DNA of 64,000 nucleotides from Candidatus Bathyarchaeota archaeon (GCA_004376295.1 SOJZ01000031.1:12624-76623), one strand, 5' to 3'; positions 37,722-46,489 are shown, counted from the first letter of the stretch. Program-made: numbers and translations. The notes: generated by a model from the sequence alone, not told the origin.

Positions 37722-37883
37722 TTATTTCTGTTTCATTTTACTTTTCTTTTTCCGTTTACCCAAATCATCAAGCTTTTTCATCCACGCTCCTCTAACGTAA
37801 ATCGCCCCAACCCCTGGCTCCACAATTGCCCCTATGCCAGTAGCTTTTCGTTTCCTCTTCTTCCTCAACCTTCTACGAGACAT
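37722..37883 (-). CDS. Hypothetical 53-aa highly basic protein
   Basis: Own translation MSRRRLRKKRKRKATGIGAIVEPGVGAIYVRGAWMKKLDDLGKRKKKSKMKQK*. Below the ORF-track cut-off. Confidence 0.25.
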   Translation of the reverse strand: MSRRRLRKKRKRKATGIGAIVEPGVGAIYVRGAWMKKLDDLGKRKKKSKMKQK

Positions 37884-38084
37884 ACACTCCCTCTTCCACC
37901 TAACAATAGATAGTCAAAGCCGAACATAAAAATTAGCTTCCTCACTAGAGCATACCTAACTTCTAGAATGCTCGTCTTCACATGTTATCACAGCAGGGAT
38001 TTTTCGTCTTTGACTAGTGTAATTCCAACATTCTTATCCTCGTGAAAGGTTTTCAATTTTCCCCACTCCCTTTTTCATATTTTG

Positions 38085-38157
38085 TTCTCTTTCTGCTCTT
38101 CACCTAGGGCTAGGCGGTGACACGCCTCCGAAGTAGTCAACTCTGGCTTAACATTTT
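38085..38157 (-). promoter_or_regulatory. Conserved leader element copy E2, followed only by a 14-codon ORF (38034-38078, MKKGVGKIENLSRG*)
   Basis: ttctctttctgctcttcacctagggctaggcggtgacacgcctccgaagtagtcaactctggcttaacattttt. Same hairpin as E1. The downstream gene body is apparently lost. Confidence 0.55.
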
Positions 38158-38414
38158 TCGCATATTCCTTCTCCTTTTTTGTGGGACTTACTCTTGTGAA
38201 GAAATACTATCAGGCTTATCTCAGGTTTTCTTGTTAGCTCACGTTTGTATTTACCATGAATAGCCGTCCCAAGCAACAACGTCAGGGGGTTCAACGTATC
38301 TTACTGTTCCCCTAATGTGCATATAACCGTGTCCAACGAATCTCCCTGACATCTCAGCGTCTGTTGTTCCTCTGCCAGAGTTTCTTGTAACTCACTTCTT
38401 AATCATTACCCTTC

Positions 38415-39113
38415 TTAGCTTGTTATTAAAATATAGAAGAAGAACATCATTGTGCCTATGACTGATCCGATGAAGATGGATGATCCGGCTTTGCCTAAAC
38501 TAGCGACCTTAAACCTGATTGGAGCCGTATACACACCGACGGCGAAAGAAAAGGCGGTCGTGATGCCCCACAGGATAGCCCAAACCGCTGGATTAATCAC
38601 CAACCCAACATGTCTTACAAGATACCCGATTAGGGTTAGAGTAGTGGGTGGAACGAGGAGATAAATCAGCGGGACTATTTTGCTTGGGGCTCTTCTGAGC
38701 TGTGATGGAGCTCCCTGCTTAAAATCTTTAACTGCTTCAACACATTTCCTCCATTTAAAGGGCATAATCCAACCTCCATACATGCCACCATATTTCAAAA
38801 TTCTACCACCCGCCGTGAATTTGATTTCATCATAGTTCCAGTACGATGTGCCAAATATGATTCTTTTAACAATAATTCCGTCATCTCTCACTTCGATGTC
38901 GGCAAAAGAACCAGATAACATGGGGATCAACCAAAGTGACGCAATCAATATCAGAACAATATTCCAAACATAAATCGCTATCACAAAAAAGAAAAGGGAG
39001 AAGAAAAGGGGATATAGCAGAATCGGATAAACCCCTCTAGTTACGAATCGTACGTGCTCTTTGTTACTCTCTCGCAACAGTGTCAATGTCACAACACCAG
39101 ATAGCGCCTTCAA
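38415..39113 (-). CDS. Membrane protein, paralogue of 18095..18787 (inverted orientation)
   Basis: 232 aa. See 18095..18787. Confidence 0.6.
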   Translation of the reverse strand: MKALSGVVTLTLLRESNKEHVRFVTRGVYPILLYPLFFSLFFFVIAIYVWNIVLILIASLWLIPMLSGSFADIEVRDDGIIVKRIIFGTSYWNYDEIKFTAGGRILKYGGMYGGWIMPFKWRKCVEAVKDFKQGAPSQLRRAPSKIVPLIYLLVPPTTLTLIGYLVRHVGLVINPAVWAILWGITTAFSFAVGVYTAPIRFKVASLGKAGSSIFIGSVIGTMMFFFYILITS

Positions 39114-39269
39114 TCACCAACTGGATGCGCCCATTATGCTAAGTATATAGCTATATTAAAGTAAATAGCGACATCAAAAACCACCCGCAAAAAACACACA
39201 CCTCAAAAAAGCCTATCAAAACCCTAATTGAACCGCACAACAGATCTGGCCTAGAAGCCATCATACACA

Positions 39270-39636
39270 CGTAGAAACAGAAACAAAACCCAGGAACAAA
39301 CCTGACACAAGCCACGACCTCCTAGGTAGGGGAACCTGCGGTTAAGGAGTACGTGCGCGCTTGCAACATCACATGAAAAAAGCATTCTTCAATACAGCTG
39401 CCATCTTTCGCTATCTTTTCCTATCTTTCTATATCTTTTTGCATCTTTTTCCACCTTTTCCTATCTTTTCCCATCTATTCCTATCGTGGGATAAACCATT
39501 TTTAAGCTTATTTCCAAAAAACAAACGAAAAACAAGCTTTGCAAAGAACAAAAAAATTATAGGGGGGTCTAAAGAGAGAGACACGCACAAATAACATAAC
39601 AAACCCAGTATACACCAAAATACGCAAACCACAGAC
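39270..39636 (+). repeat. A/C-rich strand-asymmetric leader repeat (left copy, split by a ~228-bp insertion at 39333-39560)
   Basis: 39270-39332 and 39561-39636 together align in inverted orientation with 42110-42236, including CCTAGGTAGGGG and AGAGAGAGA.AC.CACAAA.AACATAACAAA...TACACCAAA...CAAACCA.AGAC. Confidence 0.65.
39401..39486 (+). repeat. About nine tandem 10-bp units, consensus CYATCTTTTC (phased T-tracts)
   Basis: ccatctttcg ctatcttttc ctatctttct atatcttttt gcatcttttt ccaccttttc ctatcttttc ccatctattc ctatcg. Exact 10-bp register. Confidence 0.85.
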
Positions 39637-39670
39637 ATAGAGAACGCTTAATAATCAACTAACAAAAAAT

Positions 39671-41125
39671 ATGAGAAGTAAAAGAGGCAAACTAATGAAG
39701 TTCTCATTCATAAACCCAGGCCCAAACACACAACTCTCAGTAAGAGAAAGAAAGAAAATGTTCGGAGCAAGCCCACCACTAGGCATATTCTACGTAGCTA
39801 CGATCCTACAACACGAAGGAATAGAAGTCTCCATACTAGACCAAGCAGCAAAAGGACTAACAACAGAATCAACAGTCAAATGGATAAAAAAAGAAGACCC
39901 AGACATACTCGGATTCTCAGTTTTAAGTTGCTCAAGCCAAACAGCACCAAAAATCGCGGAGAAGGCAAAAAAAGAAAACCCAAACCTAACCACAGTCTTC
40001 GGCAACATGCACGCAACCTTCAACGCAGAAAGAATACTCGAAAAATACCTCCAAGTAGACATAATCGTACGCGGCGAAGGAGAATACACGACCCTTGAAC
40101 TCGTAGAATGCTTGGAGAAAGGGAAAAACCTGAAAGACATTCAAGGCATCAACTTTAGAAAAAACAACAGAATAATCACAACTCCAACGAGACCACCAAT
40201 CAAAGACGTCGATTCAATACCCTTTCCAGACCGCGAGTTATCAAACGTAGAATATCACGCGATGGCTGCTGGAATAAACGCTGCCCCCAAAAAATATGCT
40301 AGCTTTGTTTCATCTCGAGGATGCGTATACAGATGTCGTTTCTGCGGAGTTCGAAGATTCGCCAACAACATTTGGAGACCTAGATCCGTTGAAAACACAT
40401 TAAAAGAGCTACAGTTTTTGGTAAGCAAAGGCTATGAACAAATCTACTTTGTAGACGACAATTTCATGATTAACAAGAAAAGAGTCATAGAAATCTGTCA
40501 AAGAATTAGAAAAGAGAAAATGGACATAGACTTCATCTGCTTGGGCCGAGTCGACAACTGTTCCTATCAGATGTTGCGAGAACTCGTGAAAGCAGGTTGC
40601 AGAATAATCCATTTCGGAATAGAGAGTGCAAATCAAAGAATTCTGAACTATTACAACAAACAGATAACTCCAAAACAATCCAAAGACGCCGTCAAAACCG
40701 CAAAAAAAGCAGGAGTAGACGTCGTAATTGGCTCACTTATAGTCGGCGCCCCAGATGAAACTCGGCAAGAAATACAAAACACCCTTAAGTTTACCCATCA
40801 GTTAGACCTCGACATTCCAGAAATCAACCTTCTCTCAGCTTTTCCTGGAACAGACATTTGGGATGAGCTCAAAATGAAGGGCGTCTTAGATGAAGATCAA
40901 TTTTGGGAGACCGGAGTTTCGGTGTGTGAAATATCTCCTGACGCAGTGCCACCTGACGAAATCAAACGTATGATTCACGAGTACATCAAACGTTTCTTCC
41001 TTCGACCTCGTTTCTGGTTGGCAGAGATAATGCAGACCTTGAAAAGCCCTTATCGACTTAGCCTCGCGATTAACAATCTTAGCCGAATTGACACCATTGT
41101 CGAAAGCGCGCGCGATCTCATTTAG
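39671..41125 (+). CDS. B12-binding-domain radical SAM enzyme
   Basis: 484 aa; N-terminal cobalamin-binding-like domain, SSRGCVYRCRFCG (CxxxCxxC). Alternative start at MKFSFINPG (39695). Confidence 0.85.
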   Translation: MRSKRGKLMKFSFINPGPNTQLSVRERKKMFGASPPLGIFYVATILQHEGIEVSILDQAAKGLTTESTVKWIKKEDPDILGFSVLSCSSQTAPKIAEKAKKENPNLTTVFGNMHATFNAERILEKYLQVDIIVRGEGEYTTLELVECLEKGKNLKDIQGINFRKNNRIITTPTRPPIKDVDSIPFPDRELSNVEYHAMAAGINAAPKKYASFVSSRGCVYRCRFCGVRRFANNIWRPRSVENTLKELQFLVSKGYEQIYFVDDNFMINKKRVIEICQRIRKEKMDIDFICLGRVDNCSYQMLRELVKAGCRIIHFGIESANQRILNYYNKQITPKQSKDAVKTAKKAGVDVVIGSLIVGAPDETRQEIQNTLKFTHQLDLDIPEINLLSAFPGTDIWDELKMKGVLDEDQFWETGVSVCEISPDAVPPDEIKRMIHEYIKRFFLRPRFWLAEIMQTLKSPYRLSLAINNLSRIDTIVESARDLI

Positions 41126-42002
41126 GCCGCTTATGAGTTAAGTATTCAACTGTTCCATCTGAATGAATGCGTGCTGAAGCCCTCCTTGCAGCCCAGCATT
41201 GAACAGCGACCGCTGCAGGATAAGACGCGGGATGTCTCTCAGCATATTCAATGTGTACACCCAGCACCGTGAATTTGCCGCCAAGTCCCATTGGTCCAAT
41301 CCCTGTGGAGTTTGCTGCTTCGTACAGTTCTTTTTCAAGCTTTGCGAGTTCAGGGTCAGGGTTAAACTGATTCAGTGGTCTCAACAAAGTCTCCTTTGCC
41401 AATTTCATTGCGATATCAGCGCCGCCTCCTACTGCAACGCCTATAATGTTTGGGGGGCATGGCTTTGCACCAGCCTTTATTATCGTGTCTACAACAAACT
41501 TTTTTAAACCCTTTACGCCCTCGCCAGGTCTCAGCATGCCTAACGCGCAGACATTTTCGCACCCTCCTCCCTTTGGAAAAACTGTGATTTCAATGTCGTT
41601 TCCAGGCACGATTTCCCAGTGGATGAATGGGATGAATCTTCCTGTGTTGTCTCCTGTATTCTTTTGAGTGAATGGGTTAACAGCGTTTGGGCGTAGAGGC
41701 ACTTCTTTTGTGGCTCTTTTCGTGGCGTTGCGGAGGACTTCTTCGATTTTGCCTAAGCCTTTCACTTGAGCGCCGGCTTTTAGGTAGAAAATGATTACTC
41801 CAGTATCTTGACACATGGGTGTGCGCGTTTTTTCAGCCAATTCGATGTTGTTTAGTATGGCTTTCAGCTGGGTTTTACCTGCTTCACTTTCTTCTCGGCG
41901 ATACGCGTTTTGAATGGCTTCTTTTACGTCTTGTGGCAGTTCTGTTACTGCTAGTTGTAAAAGTTTAATTGCAACGTTTTCGACGATGTTTTGTTTTGTC
42001 AT
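41118..42002 (-). CDS. fumA: Class I fumarate hydratase / Fe-S hydro-lyase, alpha subunit
   Basis: 294 aa; TPMCQDTGV cluster-ligand motif. Partner beta subunit gene is at 9723..10322 on the same strand. Confidence 0.88.
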   Translation of the reverse strand: MTKQNIVENVAIKLLQLAVTELPQDVKEAIQNAYRREESEAGKTQLKAILNNIELAEKTRTPMCQDTGVIIFYLKAGAQVKGLGKIEEVLRNATKRATKEVPLRPNAVNPFTQKNTGDNTGRFIPFIHWEIVPGNDIEITVFPKGGGCENVCALGMLRPGEGVKGLKKFVVDTIIKAGAKPCPPNIIGVAVGGGADIAMKLAKETLLRPLNQFNPDPELAKLEKELYEAANSTGIGPMGLGGKFTVLGVHIEYAERHPASYPAAVAVQCWAARRASARIHSDGTVEYLTHKRPK

Positions 42003-42109
42003 GTTTTTCCTCCGTGAAGCGGATAGAAGTTAGACTATTCGGTTTAATACTTTTTGCGGCGTTCTAAGTGTGTGAGTATGGTTTCAGCCTGTATTCTTAC
42101 AGAATTTTT

Positions 42110-42236
42110 GTCTGGTTTGGAGTTTGGTGTATGCGTGTTTTTGTTATGTTGTTTGTGTGTTTCTCTCTCTTATCGGCCCCCTACCTAGGGGGGTCCTTTG
42201 GTGGGTTTGGTTTAGGGCTTGCTTTGGCTTCTGTTT
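42110..42236 (-). repeat. A/C-rich leader repeat (right copy, uninterrupted), upstream of fumA
   Basis: Appears G/T-rich on the plus strand. Contains the near-palindrome GGCCCCCTACCTAGGGGGGTCC. ORFs 42068..42256 and 42124..42327 in it look spurious. Confidence 0.65.
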
Positions 42237-42509
42237 GGATGCGCAAAATCAAGTAATATCTGAAGAGCAAGAAGAGGTTAAGATGCTGAACTGGAAAAAT
42301 TTTGGAGAAAAAAGGAAGGAAGTCTAGGATGTGTCAGACGGAGTAATCTTTAAAGTTCAGCTGTTGTTTCCGATGTGGTTGTGTAGTCTATGTACTTGAC
42401 CTACGTTTTGACTTCATCCGAATACCACAGGGTGTACATTCGGTCTCCACTTTATGAAGGTACAAAAGAACTCTTCAGTGAAGCTTAGATACCATTTTAA
42501 CTTTCTTTA

Positions 42510-43766
42510 CTATGTAACGTGAACTTCTTTGCCAGTTGATTCAAAAATGGTGTTTTCCAGCTCTTTCTTTTGGGTTTCAATTTTTTCCAGTGCTCCTTTG
42601 TGTTCGTTATCTACGGCAGCGACCCTTGAATCAACAAGTTCCTTCTGCTTCTGTAATTCTTCTAGCTTTTTTTGAAGTTGGGCAGACTCTTTTCGAAGTG
42701 TTGTCATCGCTTTGGAGGTTGAGAGTCGTTGTTTACCATAGAATGCCTCTTTACAGCTTCGATGCAGGGAGATCAAAGCATCCTTGTGGAGTATGCTGTT
42801 TATCTGCGTCTGAGCTTTTTTTAGGCGAGTGCTCTTCAATTTCAGTTTCCCTTTGGTCATCGCATCATCCATCTTTCGAAGTAGCTTTTTAAGCAATGGA
42901 TACCCCTCATCCTCGGTTGCGAAAGCCTCAAGCGGTCTGGTCAAGTATTCATCAAGTTTTTTCATTTCATCCGGCGGCAGAGGATAACCCGGACCTCGAG
43001 CTAAGGTTTGGAACTTAAGAAATGGTTTTTGAAGGCGACGAAAATCATACCTTAGCTTTTCTTCAAGTTCTTCGATTTCTTCGTTTGTCTGAGCAAGCCT
43101 GCTTACCTCGTCTCTACTTTGAATCAACATGATTTTCTGTTGACTTTCATCCATGTTTTTTTCAAGAATGTTTCTTCTCAATTCCATTCTTTTCTTTCGT
43201 TCTTCAACCGCATCTAACTTTTTTAAGGATTGAGAAAGTTTATCAACCATTAAAAACGAGTCTTCCACAATCTTGGCCTTTGTATACCCATGCGATGAAA
43301 AAGAACGTAGTTTCTCAAGCGATTTCATAGCTTTTCCAAACGCGACATCAAATCTCCTTCGATCCAGCATGAAATACGGTGAAATTAGGGGAAACCACTT
43401 TGCTCTTTCCTTTCCAACCATTGTAAGCGCCTTTTCTGAATCATCGCATGCCATCTGAAGGCTTTCTGATGAAATCAAATCAGGGAACTCAACATTGTCA
43501 ATCGTTTCTATGGCATATTTAGCAAGTTTATTCAATATTTTAGCTCGCCGGTACGTTTTGCGACTGTTTTTCGACATCTCTATTTCGCTGTTTCGCATCA
43601 GTTTTTCACAAATCTCTCGAACATCGTTTAGTCTTTCCCTAACATTGTTGAGCAAAAGCGTTCCTTCCGTCTTAAGCGGCTCAACTATAGGGGCTGTTTC
43701 TTGCTCCAGCCATTCTTTAATATCGTTTAACGGTATTTCAGTCTCAGCCATTGTAGCTGCTCCCAT
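42510..43766 (-). CDS. Coiled-coil hypothetical protein
   Basis: 418 aa, charged heptad-rich sequence; no domain recognised. Confidence 0.55.
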   Translation of the reverse strand: MGAATMAETEIPLNDIKEWLEQETAPIVEPLKTEGTLLLNNVRERLNDVREICEKLMRNSEIEMSKNSRKTYRRAKILNKLAKYAIETIDNVEFPDLISSESLQMACDDSEKALTMVGKERAKWFPLISPYFMLDRRRFDVAFGKAMKSLEKLRSFSSHGYTKAKIVEDSFLMVDKLSQSLKKLDAVEERKKRMELRRNILEKNMDESQQKIMLIQSRDEVSRLAQTNEEIEELEEKLRYDFRRLQKPFLKFQTLARGPGYPLPPDEMKKLDEYLTRPLEAFATEDEGYPLLKKLLRKMDDAMTKGKLKLKSTRLKKAQTQINSILHKDALISLHRSCKEAFYGKQRLSTSKAMTTLRKESAQLQKKLEELQKQKELVDSRVAAVDNEHKGALEKIETQKKELENTIFESTGKEVHVT

Positions 43767-43969
43767 TAATTTAGTTGGGATTATCTGATTTTAATATTAA
43801 TGAATAAGGCAAACTTATTTAATCTGTTGTTTATCTAGACATTGTAGATATAAGTTTACGCATTATTGAGTAGCTACTCTTAAATAGCTAAGTTCAGACA
43901 ACCGATTCTCTATGGGAGGCTGCTGTCACGCGTTTCGATAGACCCGCAGTAAAGATCGCTGGTGCCGCT

Positions 43970-44563
43970 GTGTTAGCAGCGCTATCAGTAGTTATGCAGG
44001 TTCTGCCGCCTCTATTTGTGACGCCTTGGTTCATGCGGATAGATATCGTCGCTGTTTTCTGGGTTTTATGTTGGATTCTGTTTGGGTTTAAAGCTGGCCT
44101 TCTTTGCTTGCTGATCAGCGTACCACTTGTTGGCGTTCTTGGTCCGTTCGCTGGGGGCTGGGTTGGAGCGATCATGAAATCGGTCTCAAGCGTCTGGATG
44201 TTCGCAATTCCAGCATTTTTTGCATGGAAAACAAGCGGAACGAACCGTCTTCTAGAAAACAAGTGGTCTTACATCTTTAGTGGCATTCTTGCAATCGTTG
44301 TTAGAGATATAGTTTGTATATTCTTCAATCTTTACTTTGCCTTGCCCGTTTTCTTTGGGATGACCATAGATGATATTGTCTTTATGTTCTCGACTCCTGG
44401 TTTCCTAAGTTTTGTTGGGCATTCACTGGGTCTAGTTGGTCTTGGAGCCTATGTTATAGAGGTTGCCTTCTGGAACACTATACAGGGAATATTGGACATC
44501 TATGTTTCTTTGATAATCGGAGTTATCATTTTGCGAAGGTTTCCTGAGATAATGAACAAATAA
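43970..44563 (+). CDS. Membrane protein (ECF-transporter S-component-like)
   Basis: 197 aa, about 5 TM, GTG start. Resemblance to S components is by eye only. Confidence 0.45.
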   Translation: MLAALSVVMQVLPPLFVTPWFMRIDIVAVFWVLCWILFGFKAGLLCLLISVPLVGVLGPFAGGWVGAIMKSVSSVWMFAIPAFFAWKTSGTNRLLENKWSYIFSGILAIVVRDIVCIFFNLYFALPVFFGMTIDDIVFMFSTPGFLSFVGHSLGLVGLGAYVIEVAFWNTIQGILDIYVSLIIGVIILRRFPEIMNK

Positions 44564-44566
44564 CAA

Positions 44567-45100
44567 TCAGCGTGCATGCGAAGCTGAAAGTGATAGACTA
44601 GTTGGAATTATTTGACACCTAGCTGCTTCCATGTATTCAGTGAACAGTAGATCATCCTTTTCTGGGAAATAAACAAAAGCTTGTCCAACTTTCTCGTAGA
44701 GTAGTTTCATTATCTGAATTTCAACAAGTTTGGCTCCATGGCCGAAGATTTGTTCAAGAGCGTTGGCAAACTCCTCAATCCTGTTAGGAATCTCCGACCT
44801 TTTAATCTTGAAAGTTTTTTCCAGATAAAAGTAGATCGCCTGTTTCGGTGAATCTCCTAATGAAGACAGCCCCTCATCTACTGCTTCTAGCACAAGTTTG
44901 TTAAACTCACGGTTACACAGCGGTGATACTTCTTTGGCACAGACTCTGATGTTAGTATCGCGTTGCAGGTTAGGCTTGCTGGATATTGAATGCAAACACA
45001 CTCTGTATATGTACCAGTTGGTCGTGAATTCACGGTTCATCAACTTCGCCTCTTCTTGTAGTTTTGTTGAACTGTTCACGTGTTCCACCTGTATACACAT
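44567..45100 (-). CDS. Hypothetical protein
   Basis: 177 aa; conserved-looking C-terminal half LVLEAVDEGLSSLGDSPKQAIYFYLEKTFKIKRSEIP...; start uncertain. Confidence 0.45.
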   Translation of the reverse strand: MCIQVEHVNSSTKLQEEAKLMNREFTTNWYIYRVCLHSISSKPNLQRDTNIRVCAKEVSPLCNREFNKLVLEAVDEGLSSLGDSPKQAIYFYLEKTFKIKRSEIPNRIEEFANALEQIFGHGAKLVEIQIMKLLYEKVGQAFVYFPEKDDLLFTEYMEAARCQIIPTSLSLSASHAR

Positions 45101-45142
45101 CGTATCGTATGACTTAATATATCGATTATTTCACTATCCGAT

Positions 45143-45163
45143 ATATATCGAAATTCGATATAT
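45143..45163. promoter_or_regulatory. Operator-like inverted repeat ATATATCGAA-a-TTCGATATAT
   Basis: 10-bp perfect arms with a 1-nt spacer. An extra half-site ATATATCGA lies at 45117-45125. Sits in the divergent region after the 45100 start. Confidence 0.45.
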
Positions 45164-45604
45164 GAACGCGCACATTCACTCGACCGTGTTCTATAGGATT
45201 GTAGGGATCGCAGGCATTGAACAAGATTTTAGCATTGTCAAAAAAAGAATTCAGACTGGAAAAATCGGTAAGAGACAATATTTGAATGATTTGAAGACTA
45301 GGATTTCAAGAAAAGGCTGAACCCGTATTTTGAAAAGAGGGTTGAGGTTCCTAGGATCAGAATAGGTAAAAGGCAGACTATGAGACTTTGATCAACGATG
45401 AGGCTTTGTTGCTCGCGAAATATCTTAGGGATGAAAGGAGGACATGGGTTCCACGGTTTGCTCTTCCAAAATAGCGTGCGATATACATAGGATGATAGAT
45501 GTTATGCGCGCGTTCATTCTGCGCATTTGATGTATGTGGGAGCTGCGGCGCGCGCTAGAGTCTATGAAGCATTTAATTGATGCTTTCTTTGTAATAATTC
45601 TATC

Positions 45605-46489
45605 ATGAAAAAATATGCACAGGTATTGTTGTATCTTTTTTGGCTTGAACTAAAGAGAATTATATTTGGAGTAAAGTATTCTGTAGAAGTTGATGTGACG
45701 GACAACTGTAATCTTAGATGTAAACATTGCTATCATTTTCACGGTAAAGACGATTTTAAAACACAAGAACTATCCATACATGTTTGGGAAAAAAGGTTCA
45801 ATGAACTCTACAAGTCAGGAATAAGGAACATTCTTTTGGTTGGAGGTGAGCCTGCGCTCAGGATTGATGTTCTTATGCTCGCTGACAGGATATTTCCTTT
45901 TGTTTACGTTATTACAAACGGAACAATAAAGATACCAGAAGAATTCAATCATAGATTATATGTTTCAATAGATGGGTCTAGAAAAACAAACGATTCACTC
46001 AGAGGGAAGGGTGTTTTTTCAAGAGTAATGAAAAACTATTCAGGGGACAAACGTGTTGTTATCAATATGACAATCACGAGAGATAATTACAAAGAGCTTG
46101 AGGATGTTGTAAAAATTGCAAAAGAGAGTGGTTTCAAGGGTGTTGTGTGTAATATATGCGCAGGTGGAACCGATGTTAGTGTTCCCATGGTTGTAAGAAA
46201 AAAAGAGAGAAAAACTATAATAAAAGAACTGAAACGAGTGAAGGCATCATACCCAAAAGATTTTCTTTTGAGCAAAGCGATGATAAAATGGTATGAATAC
46301 CCAGATCATAGGGGGTTATGCCACTGGGGCGATGAAGTATTACATTTTGATGTTTCATGGAACAGAAGAAGGTGTTTTGGAAACAATGCGGACTGTTCCA
46401 ATTGCGGGTGTCTGGCCGGGGCCTTTCAGAGTCCTCTAAGAATGCTAAGGCATCTAAGAGAGATTATGAAAATAGCTGTATGTTCATAA
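45605..46489 (+). CDS. Radical SAM protein with Cys-rich (SPASM-like) C-terminus
   Basis: 294 aa; TDNCNLRCKHCYHF; C-terminal CFGNNADCSNCGCLAG. Confidence 0.8.
   Translation: MKKYAQVLLYLFWLELKRIIFGVKYSVEVDVTDNCNLRCKHCYHFHGKDDFKTQELSIHVWEKRFNELYKSGIRNILLVGGEPALRIDVLMLADRIFPFVYVITNGTIKIPEEFNHRLYVSIDGSRKTNDSLRGKGVFSRVMKNYSGDKRVVINMTITRDNYKELEDVVKIAKESGFKGVVCNICAGGTDVSVPMVVRKKERKTIIKELKRVKASYPKDFLLSKAMIKWYEYPDHRGLCHWGDEVLHFDVSWNRRRCFGNNADCSNCGCLAGAFQSPLRMLRHLREIMKIAVCS

Noticed and set aside
39361-39638. ORFs 39361..39594 (+) and 39429..39638 (-)
   Set aside because: Both are generated by the 10-bp tandem repeat and low-complexity CA-rich DNA. Their products are repetitive FLS/IFP strings.
42068-42327. 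ORFs 42068..42256 and 42124..42327
   Set aside because: They lie in the G/T-rich strand of the inverted leader repeat upstream of fumA. Compositional artefact.
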